Source: Macrostomum lignano | Taxonomy: Eukaryota | NCBI GenBank assembly: GCA_002269645.1 | Contig: NIVC01001869.1 | Location: forward strand, 1-51,545 | Direction of reading: 5' to 3' | Length of the DNA: 51,545 nt | Shown here: piece after piece, positions 35,021-46,693 of the stretch | Position numbering within the stretch: position 1 is the first letter of the stretch | Layout: every line of letters begins with the position of its first letter | The notes under the pieces: generated by a model | What the model saw: only the letters and a program-made list of their open reading frames with translations | Told to the model about the DNA's origin: nothing | Database searches by the model: none | Made by a program: the position numbers and the translations under genes

Positions 35021-38000
35021 CTGGGTTGGGGTGAGCGAATAAACAATTGGTCAATAATAATCCAACTAAACTGCCGCTGATTAGGTAGGAAACCACCTTT
35101 TCTAAGAAACATACACTGCAATTTCTAGGAAACAAAATCTGACCTTTCTCTGAAACGGAATACTGCTTTATTTGAAGCCACTTTCTAAGAAACAGAACCC
35201 ACCGTTTCTAGGAAACAGAAAGTACCATTTCTGCGAAAAATAAAGTGCAATTTAAAAAATAGAAACTGTTATATCTATGAAACAAATACTACCAATTCTA
35301 GGAAAATAGAGACAGCCATTTCTAAGAAACAGAGCCCACAGATTAATAAAATAAATAGATGGGCCACTCAGGCATATATACTTAGTAAAACAGCTTTCGA
35401 CTTCAGTTCAGTAGCAAAGAAGAATACATAAGCTATTTCATAAGAATAAAGCCAGCTGAAATGACTTTGATAAGTTTAGAAGCCCAAGTTTGCAGGCGTA
35501 AACAGCTTGCTAATTGGTTCAGCAATAATGTACATTATCCAGTCCACTGAAATGTACATGGCAGCTTTAAGCTGGAATTCCGAGAAAGGCAATAAAAATT
35601 GGGGCTTGGCGGGGGGGGGGGTAGTGTGGAAAGGCGCGGTTGGAAGGTTTAAGCTGGGACCTGGGGGTAAAAACCAATAAATGTCTTGGCTTTAAAAATA
35701 CATTTAAATGCTTCTGTTTAACTTACTACTGAACTGAAAGTAGCTTACACGCAAATATTTTCTGAGAAAAAAACGCATTTTCTCAGAAACGGAAACCCGC
35801 TTTATTTGGAAATACCATTTCTGCGAAAGAGAAAGTGCAATTTAAAAAACTGTCATTTCTATGAAACAAAATCTGTCATTTCTATGAAACAAAATCTGCC
35901 ATTTCTAGGAAACAAAAACAGCCAATTTTGAAAAGAAGACACTACGAATTTTCTAAGAAACAGTCGTCACCCTTTCTAAGAAACAGAAGCTAACATTTAT
36001 GATAAAGAATAACTATCTTTTCGGATCAATCCTAAACAAACGACTCGTTTATATATCCATTCCAGGAAACAGAAACGGTCGTTTCTAAGAAACAAAATCA
36101 AACTTTTCTTGGAAACAGAATCTACTGAACTCAGAAAACAATAAAACTGTCATTTCTTTAGGAAAATTCCAATTCTCAACCGCGACAAAAACACAAACAA
36201 ACAAACAAACAAGCATTACAAACCCGTTGCAAACAGCTGACAATGTGAGCCAGGTCAATCCATGGATAGGCACCGCTGGGGTCGGTCTGGTGAAAGACGA
36301 AATCGCGGAAAAGTTTCAGCATGTACCGATCGCCAGTCTCGGCCCAGGCCGGATCTGCCGGCAGCTCCCGCTCGCAGACAGTGTTCAGCTTGCTGGCCAG
36401 CCTGAATAAGCGGCCGTTTTCTAATTGTTTGGTCAGTTGAGCTTCCAGAAAGTCCACGCGCTGCTGCGACTCGCACAGGTGATCGAAAAATCGGGCACCA
36501 ATTGCGGGCATCACGTCGTAGATTGATCTGAGTGGGCGGCGAGTCACTCTGTAGCTGATTGGGTCACTCTGTAGCTGATTGGGTCACTCTGTAGCTGATT
36601 GGGTCACTCTGTAGCTGATTGGGTCAACCTGTAGCTGATTGGGTCAACCTGTAGCTGATTGGGTTACTCTGTACCTAATTGGGTCACTCTGTAGCTGATT
36701 GGGTCACTCTGTAGCTGATTGTGTCACTCTTTAGCTGATTGGGTCACTCTGTAGCTGATTAGGTCACTCTATAGCTGATTGGGTCACTCTGTAGCTGATT
36801 GGGTCACTCTGTAGCTGATTGGGTCACTCTGTAGCTGATTAGGTCACTCTGTAGCTGATTGGGTCACTCTGTAGCTGATTGGGTCACTCTTTAGCTGATT
36901 GGGTCACTCTGTAGCTGATTGGGTCACTATGTAGCTGATTGGGTCACTCTGTAGCTGATTGGGTCACTCTACATATAGCTGATTGGGTCACTCTGTAGCT
37001 GATTGGGTCACTACATATAGCTGATTGGGTCACTCTGTAGATGGTTTGGGTCACTCTGTAGATGGTTTGGGTCACTCTGTACCCCATTTAACACACAGTA
37101 GAGTGGAAAAAACACAATGCCAAGCTACAAACCTGCTCAAACCATAAATTAGCTGCCTTATAACCGAGGCCAGATCTTTCGAATAGGCCCTAGTAATGAG
37201 TTCAATTGACGTATTCAAATCTTGCAAAGCAACAGTAGTACCACAGGACAATACAAGCAATAATTTTCCCAGGTCAACCAAATCCTGCTGTTTAGCCTTG
37301 ACTAATTCCTCTTCAGCTTGGGCTGGATCACTGAAACTCGCGCCAATAGCGCCTAGAATTTCTCTGGCGCCCAGACAGTTCACTCGCAGTCTTGGCCGCT
37401 GCTGTTGACCAGCTCTAGAAGCTTCCACATCGATAATTATCTTAGACGGGTCCAACAGTCGGACAGCCCGACTGTGCCTGGCGTGACAGGCCCTGACAGC
37501 GCTGGCTAGCTGCAGCAGCATGTGCCACACAATCGCTTCGGATTGAACGTGCGATTGCGAACGAGATTTAATAGACGATATCGGCCGGGCTTGACCGTCG
37601 ATATTGAAGGGAGAATTGAAACCGTTCACTTTTAACGGGTCAGAGCAGTGCGACGATAGCAGGGTGGTGCTGCCGGGGAAGAAGTCCGTTACTAGGCACA
37701 CCTGGGATCGGGGATGGGAATGTGCGGAGAGCATGCTGGTTATCAAGGGGTCCTCGAACAATAATGAGAGAAAGAGAGAAGAAAGGGGAGAGAGGAAGAC
37801 AGGATGTAGGAAGCTAGGGATATGGAGCTGAAGAGTCCAGGGAGATGGGAGAGGGATCGTGGGAGAGATATAGATAAGAGAAGAAAATAGAAGAAAGGTA
37901 GAGTAGGAGAGAGATGAGAAGGGTAGAGGGATATGAGAGGGGATCGATAGAGATAAGAAGAAGAAAGGGAGATTAGAGCAGCAGAGATGAGAGGGCGAGA

Positions 38001-41000
38001 AAGAGGGGAGAGGAGAGAGAGGGAGAAGAGAGCTGAGAGAGAGAAAGAAGAGAGGTGATAGAGGGAGATGAGAGCAGTCACACGAGATAAGAGGGGGAGA
38101 GAGGGAGAAGAGAGCAGTAGAAATGAGAGAGGAAGAGAGCAGTAGAGATGAGAGAGGAAGAGAGCAGTAGAGATGAGAGAGGAAGAGAGCAGTAGAGGTG
38201 AGAGAGGAAGAGATTAGTAGAGATGAGAGAGGAAGAGAGCAGTAGAAGTGAGAGAGGAAGAGAGCAGTAGAGATGAGAGAGGAAGAGATTAGTAGAGATG
38301 AGAGAGGAAGAGAGCAGTAGAGATGAGAGAGGAAGAGAGCAACAGAGACAGCAGACACAGCAGACCAAAATGCCAGAAGAAGCAAGCCAGCAAATTACCG
38401 AATCGTCTCCAAACGCATCTGTGGCAAAGACGTGGCGCACCGGCACCAGATGAGGATGCTCCAGTTTGCGCAGCGACTCCAGCTGCTGGCCAACTAGCCT
38501 AGCTTGCATCTGGCCAACTCCAACAAATCGTCTCAGCATAACCCAGGTCTGATCCTTGCCATTGAACGCTTTATAGCACAGGCTGGGCAATCCGAAAGTA
38601 CCAGACCGTTTCAACTGAGTCTCCAACGGTGCCAGCTGCTCGTAGTGCAGCAGAGCCGGCGGCAAAGTCGCCGACAGTTGAGCATCGGGAACAATCAGCG
38701 CGAAGTGAATCCGACTTAGAAGGCTGCGCCTCAACTCGGCGTCCATATAAGTGACACCGTCGCCGCGTTCGGTGAACTGCGAGAATTCACCGGCCGGTAA
38801 CTGGGCGTACCAGCTGGGCGAGGTCAGTTTGCCGGCGCTTTGCATTTTTTTCACTTCGTCCAGATTGTTGGCGTCGTAGAAACTGGTGCCGGCTACAAGT
38901 GACGCCGTTTGAGATCGATTGGCCGCTGCGGTTGCTGCCGCTGATATGGCCTTTCATTCGTGTAGGATGAGTTTCATATCGCTATTTGCCCAACGGCAAG
39001 CCTAACTTTAGTGGGGATTCCCCTATTGCGATGCTGGCTGGCATTCCTTCATTGGTTTTTTGGATCAGAAAGAATCCTTTTTGGTAAATGGAAATTTCCC
39101 TTGGTTTATGCATTAGGGAATCCACTTTTATTGGGTAAGATACTATTTTGAGGGACTTCCGGGAATCCCACTTCATTGGGTGGTATTTTCCTTAATTGAT
39201 ATTGAGGGGATTCCCCGTTATTTGGTGGGATTTTCCTTAATTGATATTGAGGGGATTCTTCGTTATTTGGTGGGATTTTCCTTAATTGATATTGAGGGAA
39301 TCCCCGATATTTGGTGGGAGTCCCCTTAGTTAATATTGAGGTAATCCCCCGTTATTTGGTGGGATTTTCCTTAGTTGATATTTACATAATCCCCCGTTAT
39401 TTGGTGGGACCCCCTTAGTTAATATTAAGGGAATTCTCTGCTATTTGGTGGGATTTACGTTAGTTGATATTGACATAATTCTCCGTTATTTGGTGGGATT
39501 CCCCTTAGTTAATATTAAGGGAATTCTCTGCTATTTGGTGGGATTTACGTTAGTTGATATTGACATAATTCTCCGTTATTTGGTGGGATTCCCCTTAGTT
39601 AATATTAAGGGAATTCCCCGCTATTTGGTGGAATTTTCCTTAGTTGATATTGAGGTAATCCCCAGTTATTTGGTGGGATTCCCCTTATTTTATATTGAGG
39701 GAATTCCCCTTCATTGGGTGAGATTTCCGATAGTTTTTATTGAGGGAATCCCGGAAATCCCCCTTGATTGGGTGGGATTTCCCTTAGTTTATATTGAAGG
39801 AATCCTATCAAAAAGCAGAATTTTGAGAATGGGTGCAATATTCCAAAATGGAATCTAAGAAATCCTGCTATTTGTAAAATTTAGCAAGTTATTTTCTAGC
39901 TCTCACGTGCTGCCCAGTGATTAGGCTGCGCGAGTGCTGCGGCGTCATGCCCATGCCGTGCATTCGAACGCCAAGCGCCGCCGCCGCAGTCGCGCCGCTA
40001 TTGCTGGCGTACTGCGTCTGCGACTGCCCTGTGGCACTGCGCGATTGAGCCTGCAAAAAAGTCAGCGAGTTCAATAAATTAAATGGGATTTAATTATTGA
40101 TTATACATATTGAGATTAAGCGCTACTAACCTACTCTTAGTAGAATATTAACAGGATATTTAAAAAATGAATTCAGCCGTTAAAGAATTTTCATTGTCTA
40201 TGGCCAAAACTATGGTCAAATTTCACACAATACGCTAAAATTAAAGTAGGTAAAGTTTACTTGCTTGCTTCTAATTAATTAGTAAAGCAGAAAAATAGTA
40301 CATTACGATTTGCGCTATAAAAACAGGTCGAGATTTTCACCCCCATATGGAATTAAGAATAAACAACAGGCATTTAACTCAATGTACACGAATGAACGCA
40401 AGACTGAAGAAACTCAGCCTAGGGGGGCAGGCTCAAACTAGCTCAGCCAATGAGAGAGCAGTAAGGAGAGAGGTCAAAGTAAGACGGACGAAACAGTAGG
40501 CCCAATCTGGTTCAGCCAATGAGAGTGCAGTAAGGAGAGAGGTCAAAGTAAGACGGACGAAAAAGTAGGCCCAATCTGGCTCAGCCAATGAGAGCGCAGT
40601 AAGGAGAGAGGTCAAAGTAAGACGGACGAAAAAGTAGGACCAATCTGGCTCAGCCAATGAGAGCGCAGTAGGGAGAGAGTTCAAAGTCAAGACACAAGCG
40701 GGCAAGAGGAAAGCCAAACCGTTTTCGGCATGGCTGGGGTACTAGCCCTTTTCTCTCTTGCTCGTTATTCGCGCGCACTGGATTTGCTTTTCAAGTTTTT
40801 CTGTAATATTCCACACTGGCACAGGGAGTGTACAAGCCTGACGATTAGAAAATCTAAAAAGGACCGCTGTACACCCTGTGTGAGAGTGTAGATAAGTGTA
40901 TGACTGCGTACAATATTGGCGCACTTTTATGTGCTGGGGAGTCAGCAGTATGGGCAGAATTGCCACAGCACTGTGTGTGGTACAATGTCGCCTTGCAGAG

Positions 41001-41160
41001 TACCCACAGCCCTTATTGTGTAATATATGAATATTGTCAAATTAAATATTTAAAGCAAGCTCACATAGAACTGGTTGGCATTGTCACTACTATTAGCAGT
41101 AGGCATTGAGGACAGCAGGCCGCCAGATCCATAAAAGAGTCGGTGGTCGCTGCTGCTCAT
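34748..41160 (-). CDS. PAN3: PAN2-PAN3 deadenylase subunit PAN3 (pseudokinase, coiled coil, C-terminal knob); complement join(41160-41065, 40050-39907, 38940-38399, 37701-37133, 36548-36224, 35020-34748); 5' exons less certain
   Basis: PAN3-typical motifs: FATDAFGDDS|VCLVTDFFPGSTTL, IVWHMLLQLASAVRACH, QQDLVDLGKLLLVLSC, RSIYDVMPAIGARFF, LENGRLFRLASKLNTVCER, WAETGDRYMLKLFRDFVFHQ, PWIDLAHIVSCL, LVSRDSQNIMLVTYAELKR. The last four exons join with GT-AG in matching phases (0, 2, 0). The 39907/38940 junction has a phase mismatch. Confidence 0.9.
36224..36548 (-). CDS. PAN3: PAN3 exon (coiled coil and start of the knob domain)
   Basis: ORF 36176-36547, donor CGG|GTTTGT, acceptor CTACAG|A (an in-phase alternative lies at 36527). 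Confidence 0.92.
36549..37081. repeat. 20-bp minisatellite GTAGCTGATTGGGTCACTCT filling a PAN3 intron, about 26 copies
   Basis: Regular period. Runs directly into the exon boundary at 36548. Confidence 0.97.
37133..37701 (-). CDS. PAN3: PAN3 exon (pseudokinase C-lobe)
   Basis: Acceptor CCCCGATCCCAG|GTG, donor AG|GTTTGT, 189 codons plus 2 nt. Confidence 0.9.
37762..38345. repeat. Purine-rich intronic repeat with a 25-bp unit (AGAGCAGTAGAGATGAGAGAGGAAG) in its right part
   Basis: It is the source of the L/S-rich tails of ORFs 37072-38385 and 38078-38854. Confidence 0.9.
38399..38940 (-). CDS. PAN3: PAN3 exon (pseudokinase N-lobe); 5' boundary uncertain
   Basis: Open frame from 38938 through YMDAELRRSL..., LCYKAFNGKD and LRKLEHPHLVPVRHVF. 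Donor TCG|GTAATT. Confidence 0.85.
39175..39800. repeat. 45-bp degenerate minisatellite (TTATTTGGTGGGATTYYCCTTAGTTRATATTRAGGGRATTCCCCG), about 14 copies
   Basis: Period of 45 (39218, 39263, ...). Confidence 0.9.
39907..40050 (-). CDS. PAN3: Probable PAN3 N-terminal low-complexity exon (AQSRSATGQSQTQY...)
   Basis: Acceptor TTTTTTGCAG|, donor CAC|GTGAGA, 48 open codons, GC-rich island. Confidence 0.55.
40441..40690. repeat. 69-bp tandem repeat, about 3.6 copies, with two CCAAT per unit
   Basis: Unit starts at 40441, 40510, 40579 and 40648. Confidence 0.95.
41065..41160 (-). CDS. PAN3: Probable PAN3 first (or near-first) coding exon MSSSDHRLFYGSGGLLSSMPTANSSDNANQFY
   Basis: AATTCAG|ATG, 32 codons, donor TAT|GTGAGC in phase 0 matching the exon at 40050. 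Confidence 0.5.
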
Positions 41161-43589
41161 CTGAATTTAACAAAATTTGTAAACAAGCGCTGAAATAAAC
41201 ATTGGGGAAAAGTCAGATGGAGCAGGAAAAATCTACTATAATAATGACTGGCTGTTGACTTACAACATTAGGCAAAGCTGAAACATAAATAGACTTTTAT
41301 AGATGACAATTGCATAATATGCCAACATGGAAATGTCATCACTATAGCAAATTGTAAATACTATTTTGCTAAGAAAAATTATTTGTTTTATTTCATAGTA
41401 AAATATTAGCATAAAACCATTGCAGATGAGCAATAAGAATCATAAAATTTAGTCCTAAAAGTGTAGCAAGGTTGGCTGCTATTTTCAGATCAACCAGAGC
41501 AATTTTGGGGTCTAAATTCATTATAGTCCATTGCTTGCTTGGAGTTATACTGGAGGAAAACTGATGGAATTTCATCATTTACACAGGATTTATGCAGGCT
41601 TATACACAAACTAGGTATAATGCCTGCACTATAGAGAGGGGGGTGCAGGGCAGTTTGTACAAACATTTTTCAAATTTGTGCATTATAATTAAAATTAAAA
41701 ATACATAAATATTGAAAAGATAATAAGATAAAAGTCTTTATGTTACAGCACAATTCCTTGATTTTAAGCATTGTTTTACTTTTTACAAATAATAAAATAT
41801 GCAGTTATTTAAATTCTCTGTCTTATTCAAATACAAAGTAATTTACATAGCAATTGAAACCCCAGTCACCTTTATTTCTATTTAGAGAAATGTGCAAAAA
41901 GATCATCTATAGTTTTTTTATACCAGCCATTTATGCAAATCTATTTTTCTATCAATTCTTATGCCAAGCATTTATGCTAGATTTAGATTTATGCCAAAGA
42001 TTTCTGGCATAACTATAACAAAATAGACCATAGCAAATTTAGGATGTCATCTAGCAGAAGTCAAATTTTTTTAATTCAAATAAAATACTAACATCTATAC
42101 CTTAAACTTTACATTACCAAGCCTCTTTGATACAGAATTTGTACAAATCTACAATAGATTCCAATAGACTACTAAAATCCAACAATTTATAAAGTTTAAA
42201 ATCCTAATATTTCTAATACTTCTTTCAAAATATTTAAGATTTTAAATTTAATATGGATTGCAAAAAGTATATAGGATCAAGATTCTATCTTTACTCTATT
42301 ATAGTATTTATGTCTAATTAGTATTACAATGGGCTAGCTAGCTATGGCTAGGGCCTAGCTTACTGGTTATACCAATGTGGATTTAAAAAAGTAGACAAAC
42401 GCAAAGCCAAATTTTGAGAAGAATATAACTTTTACAAGCATTTTTAAAAAGCTTTATTAGATATAATTTTCTTTAACTTTATAGCTATAATTATAAATTA
42501 ATAAGACTTATTGCCAAATTTGCCTAGATTGTCATTGAATTTATATACATAATCTAATATATGTTCTATAGAACTTATACTATCTACAACACTTAGGCCA
42601 ACTTTGACCAAGAAGTTCATAATCATAATCTATTCAACTCTTTTAGCTAAAATTATTAGGCCTACCCAAAATTCATTTTCAACATAAAAAATCATTAGTT
42701 ATATTGAAAAAACTGGCAAATAGACTAATCATAATCCTAATTGTAATAAGGATCTTAATAATCTGACTCTGATGTTGCGATTTTTTTTGTCACACTATAG
42801 GCCCTAGGCCTAGAAGTAATTTCAATTCTACAATTTTCAATCCTTAGAACTATTTTTGCATACTCAGCTATTGAAATGAAACGTTTTTAAAAAAAGAATA
42901 TTTTCATTATGCCAATATTTTAGGCCTAGTTATTTAGAAATGTTTAGAAGTATCCATATTTGTTACTTCGAGGGCTGGCCGCTGGGCAACTTCTTGAGGT
43001 GGCAGTGGCACAATCCATATTGGGGCAGGTCTTCTGCCAGCCTTTTATAAGTGGAAAGCACTTTATTTGCAGTATTTTCAGCTAAGCAGCAAATACCGTG
43101 TATTGCTGTGTATAGCTTTCTACTACACCTTGTCGCCGGATTGACTGGATACCAACTAAGACTATATATAGGGGCCTACCCCATTAATACCTGGCATGCT
43201 GAAATAAAATTTATAGGTTAAAAAGGTTTAAGTAGACAAGGCATTGGGCAAAAACTCAAGGCCTTTTCATATTGCTTGTTCTAGTTCTAGAACCAGATCC
43301 AATTTGTAAAGTATAACTTTTGTCTCCTAAACTAGAGGGATAAAAATGCTTTACCCAAGTGCTTTAAAGTTGTGATTATTGAATGGCAATAACCAAGAAG
43401 AAAGTGAAAAATTGTGCAAATTGAAGCTGTAAGGCAGTCAAACATCCAGCAAAGTTACATAGTTATACTGCTTTTTTCTTGGAAGATCCGAATCGATTCT
43501 GGTTCTGTAATTGGTAATGTGAAAAGCCCCTCAGAATAAATTAAAATAGCCATCTTCTTAGCCAAGATGCATGTACCGTCCCAGGAAAA

Positions 43590-43690
43590 TTTCTGATCGA
43601 ACAGTGCAAGTTCGAAGAAAATCGGTCCAGCCATTTTTTCTCTAATCGATTGCGTACAAACAAACAACTCATTTTTAGTATATAGGATTA
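43590..43690. mobile_element. Possible Helentron/DINE-1-like non-autonomous relic
   Basis: AAAATCGGTCCAGCC...ACAAACAAAC...TTTTAGTATATAGG resembles the recalled layout of such elements. A similar AAAATCGGTC motif occurs at about 6510. Confidence 0.3.
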
Positions 43691-43759
43691 AAATTAATAA
43701 AGTGTAATAGTGCTCAATTTGCGTGCGCGTGCACTTCTAGTGTTTTCTCCGTATTTCTT

Positions 43760-44040
43760 TCTGCGTCACCCCACCCCTGCGTATAGCCTTTTCTAGAAAT
43801 TTCTTTTTGTTTCTGATTGGCTGAAAACGCGTGAATAACGAGCCCCAACCAATAGAGTGCTTAGTGCCTACCCTATCGACGAAATCCGATTGGTTAGGAT
43901 TTTCTAAGCTGCGTTTTTCACCCTGCCCTCCCCATCGCGGTCAGTCTATTTAATCAAGTTTTGAAGTTGAAGTTGAAGTTTTTCTCTGACTAAAGAAGTC
44001 CCGGCAGTTCAAACTCAAGAATACGCGGCTACAAAAGTAA
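43760..44040. promoter_or_regulatory. Putative CCAAT-box promoter, probably of PAN3 and possibly bidirectional
   Basis: CpG-richer island in AT-rich DNA, with ATTGG at 43816, CCAAT at 43849 and ATTGG at 43889, upstream of PAN3. Confidence 0.4.
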
Positions 44041-46693
44041 CGAAAGTTTTAAATAAGTTTCATAGAAACTAACGTACTAAAGTAAAATGTAGCGCAAAAT
44101 GTATAAAAAAAATAAATATTTAGATCATGTTTTAAATATAAAATTAAATAACTTTTTTGAGTTCCTTTAAACATTTGCAGAAATGTATTTTTAAAGATAG
44201 CAATTTTTTAATTTACAATACCGTTCTATTTTGCCGGCATCTCAAAACATAATTTATAGCGTAAAGTCTACTTAATTCGACAGTTAAAAGTTTGACCATT
44301 TATCTAATTTATATATATTTAAAAAGTTATGATGGGATTTTATTATGAGCTAGTAGTGCTAAAAGTTAGGTAAAATTACTATGTATGCATATGCAATGCC
44401 TAGCTAACTAACATTTCGTAGATAAATCTGCAGCAGCAAAAAGCTTGTTAGGCCCTAGGCTGTTTCGCATATATACGTCTGTTTGACATTGGACCTGCTA
44501 ACTTTTTTGCCCCTGTTTATGTTATGTAGAGAGAGTAAGAGACCTTATCGGTTGTATAGACTATATGAAGTTTTATTTTATTTGACTCAATTTCAATAAA
44601 GCTAAGTTTTTCTCATTTCTTCTGATCAAAAGGTTGATGGCCAGCTTTTTTCAAGGAATATTTCAAAATGTGTAAGTAAAATTTTATAATTTTTTACTAT
44701 TGAATTACATACTACTGTTAATGTTAATCATTCAGTTTAATTAATGATAGGTTTGAATTGAAATTAAAAAATTTTAGGGGGCCTAGGGGACTAACTATAT
44801 GGCGAAATCCAAAAACGTGGGATAAAATGCTAAAACAAATCTGCGGACATTCGACGGAAAGTAATGTATCTAAAAAAGGTTTTTGAAAGATAGATAGGTC
44901 TTTAAAAATAGTTCTAGATAAAAACTATTGTTTTCATGTTTTATATTGTTGAATACTAACTACTGAATTCACCGGCTGTTTGGTTCACCGGATTTTTAAC
45001 TTTATTTTTAAGGCTTAAAAATATACATAATCAATAACGCAAGTAAAACTAGAGATGCGCCTAGATTTTTGGCTCTGCGCGTTGCCCCTGGACATCAGGA
45101 GGGCGATTTTTGTTATTTTTTGGGGGGTGAAACCGGCGGTGAACCCAATAAATCCTTCCAGAGAGCTGAAAACCTGTCATGCAATATTTCAAAGCAAAAT
45201 ATAGGCAGATTTCGACGTGCGCATAAAATTTCTGCGTTGCTCCTGAACTGCAGGAGAACGTTTCTTGTTAAATTCCGGTGTTGAATGACTGCCGCTGAAC
45301 TCCGCGGTGAACGAAATTAAGTGCGAAAAATAGTAAATTTTCCTATTAAAAAAGTTATCAAAGTAAAGTTTTATCACTTTCATCAGCATTTTTGCTCTCA
45401 CTTTTGTGTTGACTGTTAAGCTATTTATTTTAATGCAAAGCAAAAATATTAAAAAATATTTCGAACTGCGAGTCTTTATTGTGCAACGTGGCAGCAGGCA
45501 GTTACAGCGCACTTGCGCATAAAAAATACATTATATTTATATGCCATGTGGTATTTTTGTGGCCATACTTAATAATGAAGCCTTTTATGCTGTTTTACTT
45601 CCTATATTTTTAGATTTATTTTTCAATTATGTCTTGAAACATGCAGTCAAAGTGTTAATATCAGTATAGGCAATAAAATAAAATTGGCATTTCTTGGCTT
45701 GATGCTTTTTACAACTTGTTAAAACCTCTATTTTAATATTTCTTCTCTTCTAATAAGTCAAATTATAAACATAATATCTATTTAAGATTCCATAGTGCTT
45801 TTCCATTAAGTATAAATTCAATTATATCAGGTAGGCACTTAGTATACTTTTATAAAATAATAACTATAACATGCAGTAAAAATATTGACTATATACATCA
45901 AGAATTATTGATTTTTCTTGATTTGTAAATAAAAATATTACTCTGCAATTTCCAATATTTTTCATGTATTTTATGTAAAATGCGCAATTTCATGTGTTTT
46001 TTGTGTTTTCATCAGTTTAGCTTGGGCTAACTAGAAACTGCAGACTGACAGAATGCATTTCTTTCTCCGGGATATTGCTTCTTTCTAAGTTAAAGAGACC
46101 AATATGCTCATTAGGAGTAGCTTTATGCCCAGAAGCATAGTACGCACAATAAATTGTGTTTTTGTGTTTCCATTAGTTTAGCCTGTTATTGGGCTTTCTA
46201 GAAACTGCAGACTGACAGAATGTATTCCTTTTATGGATATTCCTCGTGTTGCTGAATTGTTGACATCAATGTTGTCACAAGCGATTTTTTGTCGTGCCAT
46301 TGTCAAAATTGGCAATGTTGTTGCAACAACATTGATACATCTTTACTACTTTACTATGAGTAGTGCAGCGAGAGTTGTGAATGAAATAAAGTAATTTAAT
46401 TAGTTGTAATTTTATGTAATATTATATTTTTTGTGTTTCCATCAGTTTAGCCTGTTATTGGGCTATCTAGAAACTGAAGACTGACAGAATGTATTCCTTT
46501 TTCAGGGATACTGTTTCTTTCCAAGTTAAAGAGACGAATCTGCTTCATACCAACGTCTTTATCGCTAAAATCACAGTAACACAATAAATTTGGAACCCAC
46601 TTTCCCTTTTTACTCGCGTTTATTAATGATGCGTACACTGTTTTCGAAGCGCAAGGTCCTCTACCTGCGAATGCTGCTTTTTGTCGGCGTTTG

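Noticed and set aside
37702-38398. Hydrophobic L/S-rich extensions suggesting a membrane-anchored PAN3
   Set aside because: They are read-through into a CT-rich intron. GT-AG splicing 38399 to 37701 restores the conserved GDDS-V motif.
45069-45512. ORFs in the inverted arms (mirrored at 49922-50203) as a transposase
   Set aside because: They are short, have no DDE or zinc-finger motifs, and simply mirror each other.
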